From Clostridia bacterium (GTDB lineage Bacteria > Bacillota > Clostridia > Christensenellales > Borkfalkiaceae): a stretch of DNA of 64,000 nt. The notes under the pieces are model-generated. The model was given only the letters and a program-made list of their open reading frames with translations. It made no database searches and had not been told where the DNA came from. The stretch spans positions 408-64,407 of the forward strand of contig JAFTPZ010000005.1 of NCBI GenBank assembly GCA_017463025.1, written 5' to 3'. Positions 8,729 to 15,344 of the stretch are shown here, piece by piece; the stretch's first letter is position 1; each line of letters begins with the position of its first letter. The translations under genes were made by a program, and so were the position numbers.

Positions 8729-10416
8729 TACGTCTTGGCGTTTACCCCACCTTTTCCTTTTCCCCAAGTTGGGCGCAAAGGACTTGCGTGTTTACTCTTA
8801 ATACTCTCTACAAATTTCAAAGATTGCTCTGCCATTCGTTCGTAAAAAGAGTTTGGTTTTTCGTCTCTAAATTGTCCTGATGATTTGAAAACTCTGAGCA
8901 GTTGTTCCTTGTCTCCGTTGCAGAACATCGCAAGTCGGCTCATCAAAGAACGTTCGTTTTTCTCTTCCGTTTCAAGTACCGAAATACCTTGATAAAGCTG
9001 TGTAAATTTTGCTCCGTCTCTTGTTTTGCTTGCTCTCTCTACAACATCTCTATCCCCCATTCTCGTTAGACTTTCAATGCCACGCTCAGACATATCTACG
9101 GGCTTGCCTGCTGTTGCCGGCATTGCCCGTGCAGCAATCTCGCTTGGCTTTACAAAAACCTCTGATTTTTCTTCCTGTATCTGTTCTTTTTCTGCTCTTT
9201 CTATACTGAAATCTTGCAGTTCTTCAAAGGTACATTCTTGAAATTCTTTATCTGCCCAAAACGGTAAAGTTTGCAATTTATCAAACTCTTCCATAAGGGC
9301 TTCCTTGCTCGAAAACGCATAGTTAATTGCAAGTGTCGTTTGACCGTAAGCACCTGCCATATACACCTTGTAAACGGTCTCGTCATAGTGATTTTTGTCC
9401 GTTACAATCGCATATTTTTCTATGCTTTTCTTCTGCTCGACTTGTTCTTGATTTTTCTTTTGCTGTACTTTCAAGGAAACATATTTCGCAATTTTATCCG
9501 CATCGGTGATTGCCGTAAAAAGTGCGTTAGGATTGTCTTTAATTTCCTTTTTCCAAGCGGCAATGTACGCTGAATTATTACGTTTATGCTCGGCATCTAC
9601 TTGTATTTCCAAGTCTTGCTCGATAAACATAGAAGCAATCTCTGCCCTAAGTTCTTCCAAAGCATAGTCAGGCGTTCCAAATAGATTTTCAATATTTCTA
9701 TTAAGTCTGCTTTCGTGTCCCGTAGAGTGTCCAAGTTCGTGCAATGCTGTTGAATAAAACTCTTGCATTGAAAAGAATTTTTCCCTGTTTGGAAGATGGA
9801 TTTCGTCGGTTTTTGGTCTGTAATACGCTTGCGAGCCACCATATACAATCTTGGCTTCGTTTTCGTTCCAATAGTCCAAAAGTTGTTCTACTCTATCCAC
9901 CTTTTCCATAGGATTGATTTCAGTTTTTTCAAGTGCAGGAATACCATTGATAACGTCGCCGTTAAACACACGATAGAATTTCCTGATAGGTTTGACATTA
10001 TGAGTAAAATAATCATTTTTCTCTTCTATTGTCATACCGTCAAGTACGCTCCTATCCAATCTTTTGCCCGTTTGTTTGTCTATAAGGTCAAAGTATTCGA
10101 TTGATACGCCTGCCCCTTTTCCTAAGCTGTTCCCCTCTTCGTCGGTTTTGAAAGTCCAACCCTTTTCTTGCATTTGATTAAACGTTACCCAACGATAATC
10201 CCCGTACCCTCGTGACATTGCAACAAGAGATAACGTAACGTTGTTTATTCCGTGATATTGCTTTTTCGTGATTGCAGATTCGGGAACTTTCGGCATACTC
10301 CATCCTGCTTTCCATATCCCTGCGCCCTCATCAAGATTTTTCATTACCTCGTCGAACAAAAACTTACGCTGTGGCGTTAGTTTTTCATAGTCAACTTGTT
10401 TGATTGCTTCTTCCAA
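8728..10416 (-). CDS. ardC: ArdC-like antirestriction protein (ssDNA-binding N-domain plus zincin HEXXH) with an extra C-terminal domain shared with the PrimPol
   Basis: N-terminus GIWKAGWS...YHGINNVTLSL...RWVTFNQMQEKGW, metalloprotease motif ALHELGHSTGH, and a C-terminal ~95 aa homologous to the tail of ORF 10606-11457. TTG start with a GAGGAGG RBS. Confidence 0.75.
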   Translation of the reverse strand: MEEAIKQVDYEKLTPQRKFLFDEVMKNLDEGAGIWKAGWSMPKVPESAITKKQYHGINNVTLSLVAMSRGYGDYRWVTFNQMQEKGWTFKTDEEGNSLGKGAGVSIEYFDLIDKQTGKRLDRSVLDGMTIEEKNDYFTHNVKPIRKFYRVFNGDVINGIPALEKTEINPMEKVDRVEQLLDYWNENEAKIVYGGSQAYYRPKTDEIHLPNREKFFSMQEFYSTALHELGHSTGHESRLNRNIENLFGTPDYALEELRAEIASMFIEQDLEIQVDAEHKRNNSAYIAAWKKEIKDNPNALFTAITDADKIAKYVSLKVQQKKNQEQVEQKKSIEKYAIVTDKNHYDETVYKVYMAGAYGQTTLAINYAFSSKEALMEEFDKLQTLPFWADKEFQECTFEELQDFSIERAEKEQIQEEKSEVFVKPSEIAARAMPATAGKPVDMSERGIESLTRMGDRDVVERASKTRDGAKFTQLYQGISVLETEEKNERSLMSRLAMFCNGDKEQLLRVFKSSGQFRDEKPNSFYERMAEQSLKFVESIKSKHASPLRPTWGKGKGGVNAKT

Positions 10417-10543
10417 AACTAACCGTCACCTCCTCTTCCAAAATCGGCTCCCCTAACTCTTCGGGGACTTCGGTATCATACAAATCTTCAAACTCATAAC
10501 CATACGGAACGTGAAGTTCCGTTCTGATTTTTCTTTTTTTCAT
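10391..10543 (-). CDS. Small, strongly acidic protein (50 aa)
   Basis: ATG at 10543 preceded by GGAGG. The sequence is MKKRKIRTELHVPYGYEFEDLYDTEVPEELGEPILEEEVTVSFGRSNQTS. Its 3' end overlaps the ArdC-like start by 26 nt. Confidence 0.5.
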   Translation of the reverse strand: MKKRKIRTELHVPYGYEFEDLYDTEVPEELGEPILEEEVTVSFGRSNQTS

Positions 10544-10605
10544 AGTTCCTCCAATTTTCAGTCTAATCGTGAACTGACTAATCACGATTAGACTTTCTTA
10601 TTTTC

Positions 10606-11457
10606 TTACCTTTTGCCATTACCCGATGAGTTTACGGGTGGTTTTGGCTTATACGTACTCGTCGTATTCGCCTGAAATCGTCCCGTCGTGTCCTTAATTG
10701 CTTTCACAACCGTACACTCGTAATAATCGGGAGATTTTTCAGGACGGTACAAGCCACTCGATTGGAAAATACGTAGCATTTGTTCCTTATCGCCATTACA
10801 CCAAAAAGCAAGTCTGTTCATAAGGCTCATATCCGAATTGCTATGATTGTTTTGCAAATCTTGTCCCTCGTATAACGCCTTAAAGGTTGCGCCGTGCTTC
10901 TTTTCTGCACAAGCCTTTTCTACCACATCTCTATCAGACATTTTAGAAAGTCCCTCAACGCCTGCGCCTTTGCCACCGAACTCAGAACGTTTATCGCATT
11001 TTCTTTCAATAAGTTCTTTCATTTCAGGCTTGTCAAAACTCTCAAAACGTTGATAACTTGCTCCTTCCCCTGTCATAGCAATAAAGTGAGTGTTACGGTA
11101 AAATTCCATATCTCCGTCCTTAGAGAAAGTTCTTACGTCCATACCTTCCGTAGTACCGAAGATATGCAAGCCCTTTCCGCTTACCGACGTTTCTATATAA
11201 GTCTTTCCGCATTTACTCAATACTTCTTTTGCAAGGTCAGAATAATTACCGTTGTCATCAATACAATGGTCAAGGTCTATACAAGCAAGCCCGTCTTTAC
11301 CGTCAAGCGCATAGGCAAGCGTTACACCGCCGTGTTCACTTGCGAACTTACAAGCTGTTTCATAGTCCGTCCAAGTAGTCGGGTCGTCGCTACGTGCAAA
11401 CTTGTTGGTATGACAGTCAATCAAGTATACGCCGTGCGTTGGCTTTACGTTCTTCAC
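10606..11457 (-). CDS. AEP-family primase-polymerase (PrimPol) with a helical C-terminal domain
   Basis: DxD motif in ACIDLDHCID and sGxGxH motif in SVSGKGLHIFG. GTG start with a weak RBS. The C-terminal domain is DRDVVEKA...LMNRLAFWCNGDKEQMLRIFQSSGLYRPEK. Confidence 0.8.
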   Translation of the reverse strand: MKNVKPTHGVYLIDCHTNKFARSDDPTTWTDYETACKFASEHGGVTLAYALDGKDGLACIDLDHCIDDNGNYSDLAKEVLSKCGKTYIETSVSGKGLHIFGTTEGMDVRTFSKDGDMEFYRNTHFIAMTGEGASYQRFESFDKPEMKELIERKCDKRSEFGGKGAGVEGLSKMSDRDVVEKACAEKKHGATFKALYEGQDLQNNHSNSDMSLMNRLAFWCNGDKEQMLRIFQSSGLYRPEKSPDYYECTVVKAIKDTTGRFQANTTSTYKPKPPVNSSGNGKR

Positions 11458-11618
11458 TACCGCAGTCCACTAAACGTATATGGTATAAAATATTAAATTT
11501 TTCTCTACTGCATCTTACAAGGCGTGGATAGCTTCTTTTTACGGATAACTTCGGTTTCTTGCAACTTCATTCATACCGTGCGTTGGCTTTACGTTCTTCA
11601 CTACCGCAGTCCACTAAA
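11432..11618. repeat. Perfect 43-bp direct repeat (copies at 11432-11474 and 11576-11618)
   Basis: Both copies read ccgtgcgttggctttacgttcttcactaccgcagtccactaaa. Copy 1 contains the PrimPol GTG start and its first 8 codons. Copy 2 opens a 20-codon decoy ORF (11539-11601, MKNVKPTHGMNEVARNRSYP*). Confidence 0.95.
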
Positions 11619-11646
11619 TATGTATGGTTATATAAATAGTCATCAA

Positions 11647-11769
11647 CTATAACGAATAAGTTGGGAAATGCTCTTTATATGAAGCAGCATTAGCCTGACT
11701 TAAATTCATTGGCAAGCCCACAAAAACAAAAGATGCAATTAGCAAAATGGAAAGCAATAATTTTTTCAT
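11647..11769 (-). CDS. 40-aa secreted pre-peptide (not in the ORF track)
   Basis: Hand translation gives MKKLLLSILLIASFVFVGLPMNLSQANAASYKEHFPTYSL*. An AGGTGG RBS lies 3 nt upstream. It has the classic n/h/c signal-peptide layout, with an AxA-like SQA-NA cleavage site. Confidence 0.5.
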   Translation of the reverse strand: MKKLLLSILLIASFVFVGLPMNLSQANAASYKEHFPTYSL

Positions 11770-11849
11770 AAACCACCTAAAAAACAAAAAGAGCCGTTAG
11801 AAAAAGAGTATTCTTTTCTTCGGCTTCTATTGTTGTATTAAGTTCTTTG

Positions 11850-12054
11850 CAATAATAAGAATGCCGTCCTCTAACGAGAACGGCACCGCAGAAAATATAC
11901 CTTCTCGTCAGTTGCTACACCTTGTTCACCTACACTACCCCTGATGGAATAGAAATAAATGTCGATTAGATATAATTCTACCTGAATTATATCCATCATA
12001 AAGGGTATTTAATTGTGTAGGTTGTGTTTTTAGGGAGTAATCCCAAGATGTAGC
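11850..12054 (-). ncRNA. Candidate ~200-nt non-coding RNA (or structured single-strand DNA element)
   Basis: Bounded by a consensus promoter (12061-12089) and a hairpin (11863-11884) followed by a T-rich run. It contains a rod-like hairpin at 11928-12022. No ORF with an RBS is present: the best is 42 codons with no SD. Confidence 0.3.
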
Positions 12055-12060
12055 ATTTCT

Positions 12061-12089
12061 ATTATACTTGTTTTTAATAATTATGTCAA
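12061..12089 (-). promoter_or_regulatory. Consensus sigma-70-type promoter
   Basis: On the minus strand: TTGACA, then a 17-nt spacer, then TATAAT (-35 at 12089-12084, -10 at 12066-12061). Confidence 0.55.
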
Positions 12090-12116
12090 TGTAAAACGTA
12101 TGTGCGAAAAAAAATT

Positions 12117-12296
12117 TCAAACAACTTTTTTTATAGCAGGTTGCAACAGTATTTTCATATTCCCACTTTTTTCCACGTCCGTTTTTATAGATGCTCCACA
12201 ACAAGAACACTTCATCACAACACCCTCACAGCATCCAATTACATCTATTAGTTTTTCCCCGCATAAAGGGCAAGATACACTTATTTTTTTACTCAT
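12117..12296 (-). CDS. 59-aa zinc-ribbon protein (two CxxC pairs; Com-like in size and shape)
   Basis: The internal ATG at 12296 is preceded by AAGGAG. The sequence is MSKKISVSCPLCGEKLIDVIGCCEGVVMKCSCCGASIK... Confidence 0.6.
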   Translation of the reverse strand: MSKKISVSCPLCGEKLIDVIGCCEGVVMKCSCCGASIKTDVEKSGNMKILLQPAIKKVV

Positions 12297-12464
12297 AAAA
12301 TCTCCTTCTTTGATTTTTGGCACAGTAATTTTTGTCAACTTTTTGGCACAATTATAAAATAAAGACTATCTCTGTTCATAAATTTTACGCATAAAACACG
12401 CAAAAAAACAAGTAAAACATACAAAAAACCTACATTTTCCATAATATTTATATTATAAAATGTG

Positions 12465-13796
12465 TTATCTAAAATCGTCCAGCGCGTGATCGTCCACCTT
12501 TCTCGGCGCGTCGCCGCTCCCCCAGTAATACCCTTTCAACTCCTGAATAAGTTGTACGCAATTTTTGAAAATATAGATATTCGGCAACCCGTTTTTGGTA
12601 TTTAAGTAGCTTTTTACCCTCGCGATCCCCGAAAACAAATCCTTGTCCACGTCGGGATTGACGAGTATACCTCGTTCGTAAAACAGCTCGGCAACGCTTT
12701 TCACGCTCGCCAACGTCCTCTGCTTTGCCGCACTGTCGATCAGCGCGGACACGCGGCCGCGCCCGTCCGTTTTCCAACCCAACCGCAAGGAAATTTCCCG
12801 TATCTTCTCCGCGTGATAGTCCACGTCCCTGCCCGCCTCGAAATGCTCGGCGATCACGTAAACGTTGTCGTCGAAATCGACGGCGTACCAATGGGCGGAT
12901 AACGGATTATTCAGCCCTGGGTCGATAGAGATATTATCCTGCCACTCCTTGGGCACGGCGAACGGCTCGATCACGTGCACGTTCTCGTCGAATTCGGGAT
13001 AGACGAGCCCCTCTGCGGCGGCAAATTTCCCAAATCGCCGCGTTTGTAGCGTCCGTTCGTCCAAACACGCTTCCAGCGCCGCAATTTCCCCCTCGTCAAG
13101 ATAGGGATTGTCGCTCCACTCCATAAACTCGTACCACACCTCGGGATCGCCTCTGCGGTTGAGAAAAATATCGTTGTAAACGAAGGTCAAGCCTTTGAGC
13201 GGCGTCATCGTCCCGAACAGATCCCCCTTTCGATCGAGCACGCGCATACGGCACTCCTCGTAAATATCCTTGGGCGGCTCTTCGTCGAACCACACGAAAT
13301 CAAGAGAAGTACCCTGAAACTTTTCCCTGCCCTGATCACAGCTCTTGAACCCGATCACGGACGCGCCGCCGAACACGTTTTTGACGCGGATAAAATCGAT
13401 CACGCCGTCTTGAGGAGAATCCTTTCTGCCGCTTAACATCACGATCTCCTCTATCCAATCCCGACGTAAATATTGCAAAATCTTCTTTTGCGCCACGTCG
13501 CGCTGTACCTGCGTGGACAGCGAAACCACCCACCCGCACGCGTTTTGCCTGTTTTCACGGTAAGGGTGTACGCCTCTCGCCATATACACGCACTCCACCG
13601 CGCCGCACTCCGTTTTCCCCGAACGGTTGCCGCCGAACACCCACCGATTCCGCTTTCCGCTTTTATGAAAGGCAAGCTGCTTTTTATGCACGCGCTCCCC
13701 CGTATTATACGCCGCAAGTCTATCGCACGCTTTCCGCCTTGCCTGCTCTTTTTCGATCGCTTTGATCTTTTCTACAATATCTCTCATAATCACCAC
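12465..13796 (-). CDS. Phage terminase large subunit, with its 3' end apparently altered at the mobile-element junction
   Basis: Walker A GGNRSGKT, Walker B LDFVWFDEEP, and nuclease motifs ISIDPG, LIDSAA and VDDHALDD. The ORF ends ..DDHALDDFR* exactly where GC-rich DNA gives way to AT-rich DNA. Confidence 0.8.
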   Translation of the reverse strand: MVIMRDIVEKIKAIEKEQARRKACDRLAAYNTGERVHKKQLAFHKSGKRNRWVFGGNRSGKTECGAVECVYMARGVHPYRENRQNACGWVVSLSTQVQRDVAQKKILQYLRRDWIEEIVMLSGRKDSPQDGVIDFIRVKNVFGGASVIGFKSCDQGREKFQGTSLDFVWFDEEPPKDIYEECRMRVLDRKGDLFGTMTPLKGLTFVYNDIFLNRRGDPEVWYEFMEWSDNPYLDEGEIAALEACLDERTLQTRRFGKFAAAEGLVYPEFDENVHVIEPFAVPKEWQDNISIDPGLNNPLSAHWYAVDFDDNVYVIAEHFEAGRDVDYHAEKIREISLRLGWKTDGRGRVSALIDSAAKQRTLASVKSVAELFYERGILVNPDVDKDLFSGIARVKSYLNTKNGLPNIYIFKNCVQLIQELKGYYWGSGDAPRKVDDHALDDFR

Positions 13797-13841
13797 GAAT
13801 ACGGCAAAAACACCCTCGCAATTCCCATTATAATAAAGGTT

Positions 13842-14564
13842 ATGAAAAAGTTTATTCTGTCGGCGTTTCTGCCCCTTTTATACTTCCTATACTCCCTGTT
13901 TTCGCCGCTGACCGCGCCAATCGTTTATGCGGCCGCGACGCAAGCGACGGCAGGCGGCTACGCCTGTATCCTCGGCGACGAAACGTTTTTCTACTCCGCT
14001 CGCGACGAAAAGCGCGGATTGTTTCTGTTGCCGCAGACTTACTACGTTAAACTCCTCGAAATCTCGCCCGATTTTTGTAAGATCGAGTATCTCTACGACG
14101 ATACGTACACGCAAAAGCTCGTCGGCTACGCACGCACGAGCGAGCTGACCTTCGTCGATTACGTGCCCAAACGCCCCTATCTTTATCAGCTTTTCGACGT
14201 ACGCTACACCATCGACGGCACGGTTTCGGAGGACTCCTCCTTTCTCAACCAGATCACGATCACTTGCGCCTACTACGGCGATTACCGTATCGGCTCGGAA
14301 ACGTATTGCTACGTGCTCCGCGACGACTCGTTCGGATATATTCCAAAGCCGACCGATCTGATCTACGAGCAAAACACCGAATACGCCGAATGGCTTGCCC
14401 TGCAAACGCCGAGTGAGGATGTCGATCCCAAGGAGGACGGGGAAGAAAATACGTCCTCTCCTGCGCAGACCGCGATCCTCGTCGCGCTCTGTCTGCTCGT
14501 CCCCGTCCTCGCCGCGCTGATCCTGCGCCCCTCCAAACGCCAACCCTACGATCAAGAGGAATAA
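13842..14564 (+). CDS. Exported, C-terminally membrane-anchored protein with an SH3b-like middle region
   Basis: I chose the ATG at 13842 (MKKFILSAFLPLLYFLYSLFSPLTAPIVYA, a signal peptide). The track's start at 13473 is an antisense extension into the terminase gene. The C-terminal TM is ILVALCLLVPVLAALIL. Confidence 0.65.
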   Translation: MKKFILSAFLPLLYFLYSLFSPLTAPIVYAAATQATAGGYACILGDETFFYSARDEKRGLFLLPQTYYVKLLEISPDFCKIEYLYDDTYTQKLVGYARTSELTFVDYVPKRPYLYQLFDVRYTIDGTVSEDSSFLNQITITCAYYGDYRIGSETYCYVLRDDSFGYIPKPTDLIYEQNTEYAEWLALQTPSEDVDPKEDGEENTSSPAQTAILVALCLLVPVLAALILRPSKRQPYDQEE

Positions 14565-14565
14565 C

Positions 14566-15072
14566 TCACACGCCAATCCAACGCCTTTCGCTCTGCGTGA
14601 TGCGTTGATCTTTCCCCTCGCATACGAAAGCATATATCTTTTTGAAGATGCCCATCGTTGCGAACTCCCTTTCGAATACGCTTTCGCTAACGCCGCAAGC
14701 GACGAACATTCCGCCCACCTTGTCGCCCAACCGCTTTTGCCTGCGGAAATATTTCCGCTCGCTCCAAGCCCCGAACGAAGAACCGCCGCGTACGGCTTTT
14801 TTTATTCGCTTTTCCTTGCCGAAATATCTGATGGCAAGCAACGTCCGCTCCACGTCGTCAAGTTTTGCAAGTACTTCCTCCACTCGCCCCTTTAACCATT
14901 CGAGCCTCTCCTTTTCCACGATCTCTTCCGCGATATACTCGGCGATCTCGATCGTCGGTTTGTCGCTGCGATAGGAAAGCAGGGCTTTGTTCCGAATATG
15001 CTCTCGGTAATCCTCGCTCACGTTTTTGAGCAGCGGATACGCGTACAACACCGCCTTTATGTAATTTTTCAA
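14566..15072 (-). CDS. Hypothetical protein with a sigma-70 region-4-like segment (possible phage-type transcription factor)
   Basis: 168-aa ORF with a TTG start and a GAGGTGA RBS. DDVERTLLAIRYFGK resembles the region-4 HTH lead-in. This is weak evidence. Confidence 0.3.
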   Translation of the reverse strand: MKNYIKAVLYAYPLLKNVSEDYREHIRNKALLSYRSDKPTIEIAEYIAEEIVEKERLEWLKGRVEEVLAKLDDVERTLLAIRYFGKEKRIKKAVRGGSSFGAWSERKYFRRQKRLGDKVGGMFVACGVSESVFEREFATMGIFKKIYAFVCEGKDQRITQSERRWIGV

Positions 15073-15307
15073 TTCCGATCACCTCTCTTTGCAAGTATTC
15101 TCACTTTTTCCCCTGCGCCAATGAATTATTACACAGATTTTCAAAATTGCAAGTCCCCTCTGCCACCTTTTTTGGAAAAATACGAACATTTGTTCGCTTT
15201 TAATGGCATTATAGCAGATTAAATATGACAGCATTATGCCTGTTTTATAAATTTTATGGAATTTTTTTCCAAAAGAGGGCAAGGCAATAAAATTTTCTTT
15301 CCAATCA

Positions 15308-15336
15308 TTGCTTTTTTCTGAAAATCGTGGTATAAT
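15308..15336 (+). promoter_or_regulatory. Sigma-70-type promoter with an extended -10
   Basis: TTGCTT, a 17-nt spacer ending in TGG, then TATAAT. The -10 ends 8 nt before the ATG at 15345. Confidence 0.4.
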
Positions 15337-15344
15337 AAAAGAGT

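Larger units (their letters stand above)
1..12474 (-). mobile_element. One end of a conjugative element (ICE or integrated conjugative plasmid), truncated by the left window edge
   Basis: Contiguous same-strand block encoding PrimPol, an ArdC-like protein, a MobL-type relaxase, a VirD4/TraG coupling protein, and pilin-like and VirB6-like membrane proteins. It is visibly AT-rich compared with the GC-rich DNA starting at ~12475. Genes are tightly coupled (TTGA at 5926-5929, TAATG at 8726-8730 and 198-202). No integrase lies in the window, so a recombinase end, if any, is beyond coordinate 1. Confidence 0.75.

Noticed and set aside
11935-12210. A 91-aa minus-strand ORF overlapping the zinc-ribbon gene and the candidate ncRNA
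   Set aside because: It has no RBS and overlaps a better-supported ORF in another frame. It also runs through a consensus promoter, and its composition (many K/N/Y/F residues) is that of random AT-rich DNA.
12469-13717. Several 60-140-aa Arg-rich ORFs in alternative frames within the terminase gene
   Set aside because: They overlap a gene with clear Walker and nuclease motifs, lack RBSs, and have the composition expected of out-of-frame GC-rich DNA.
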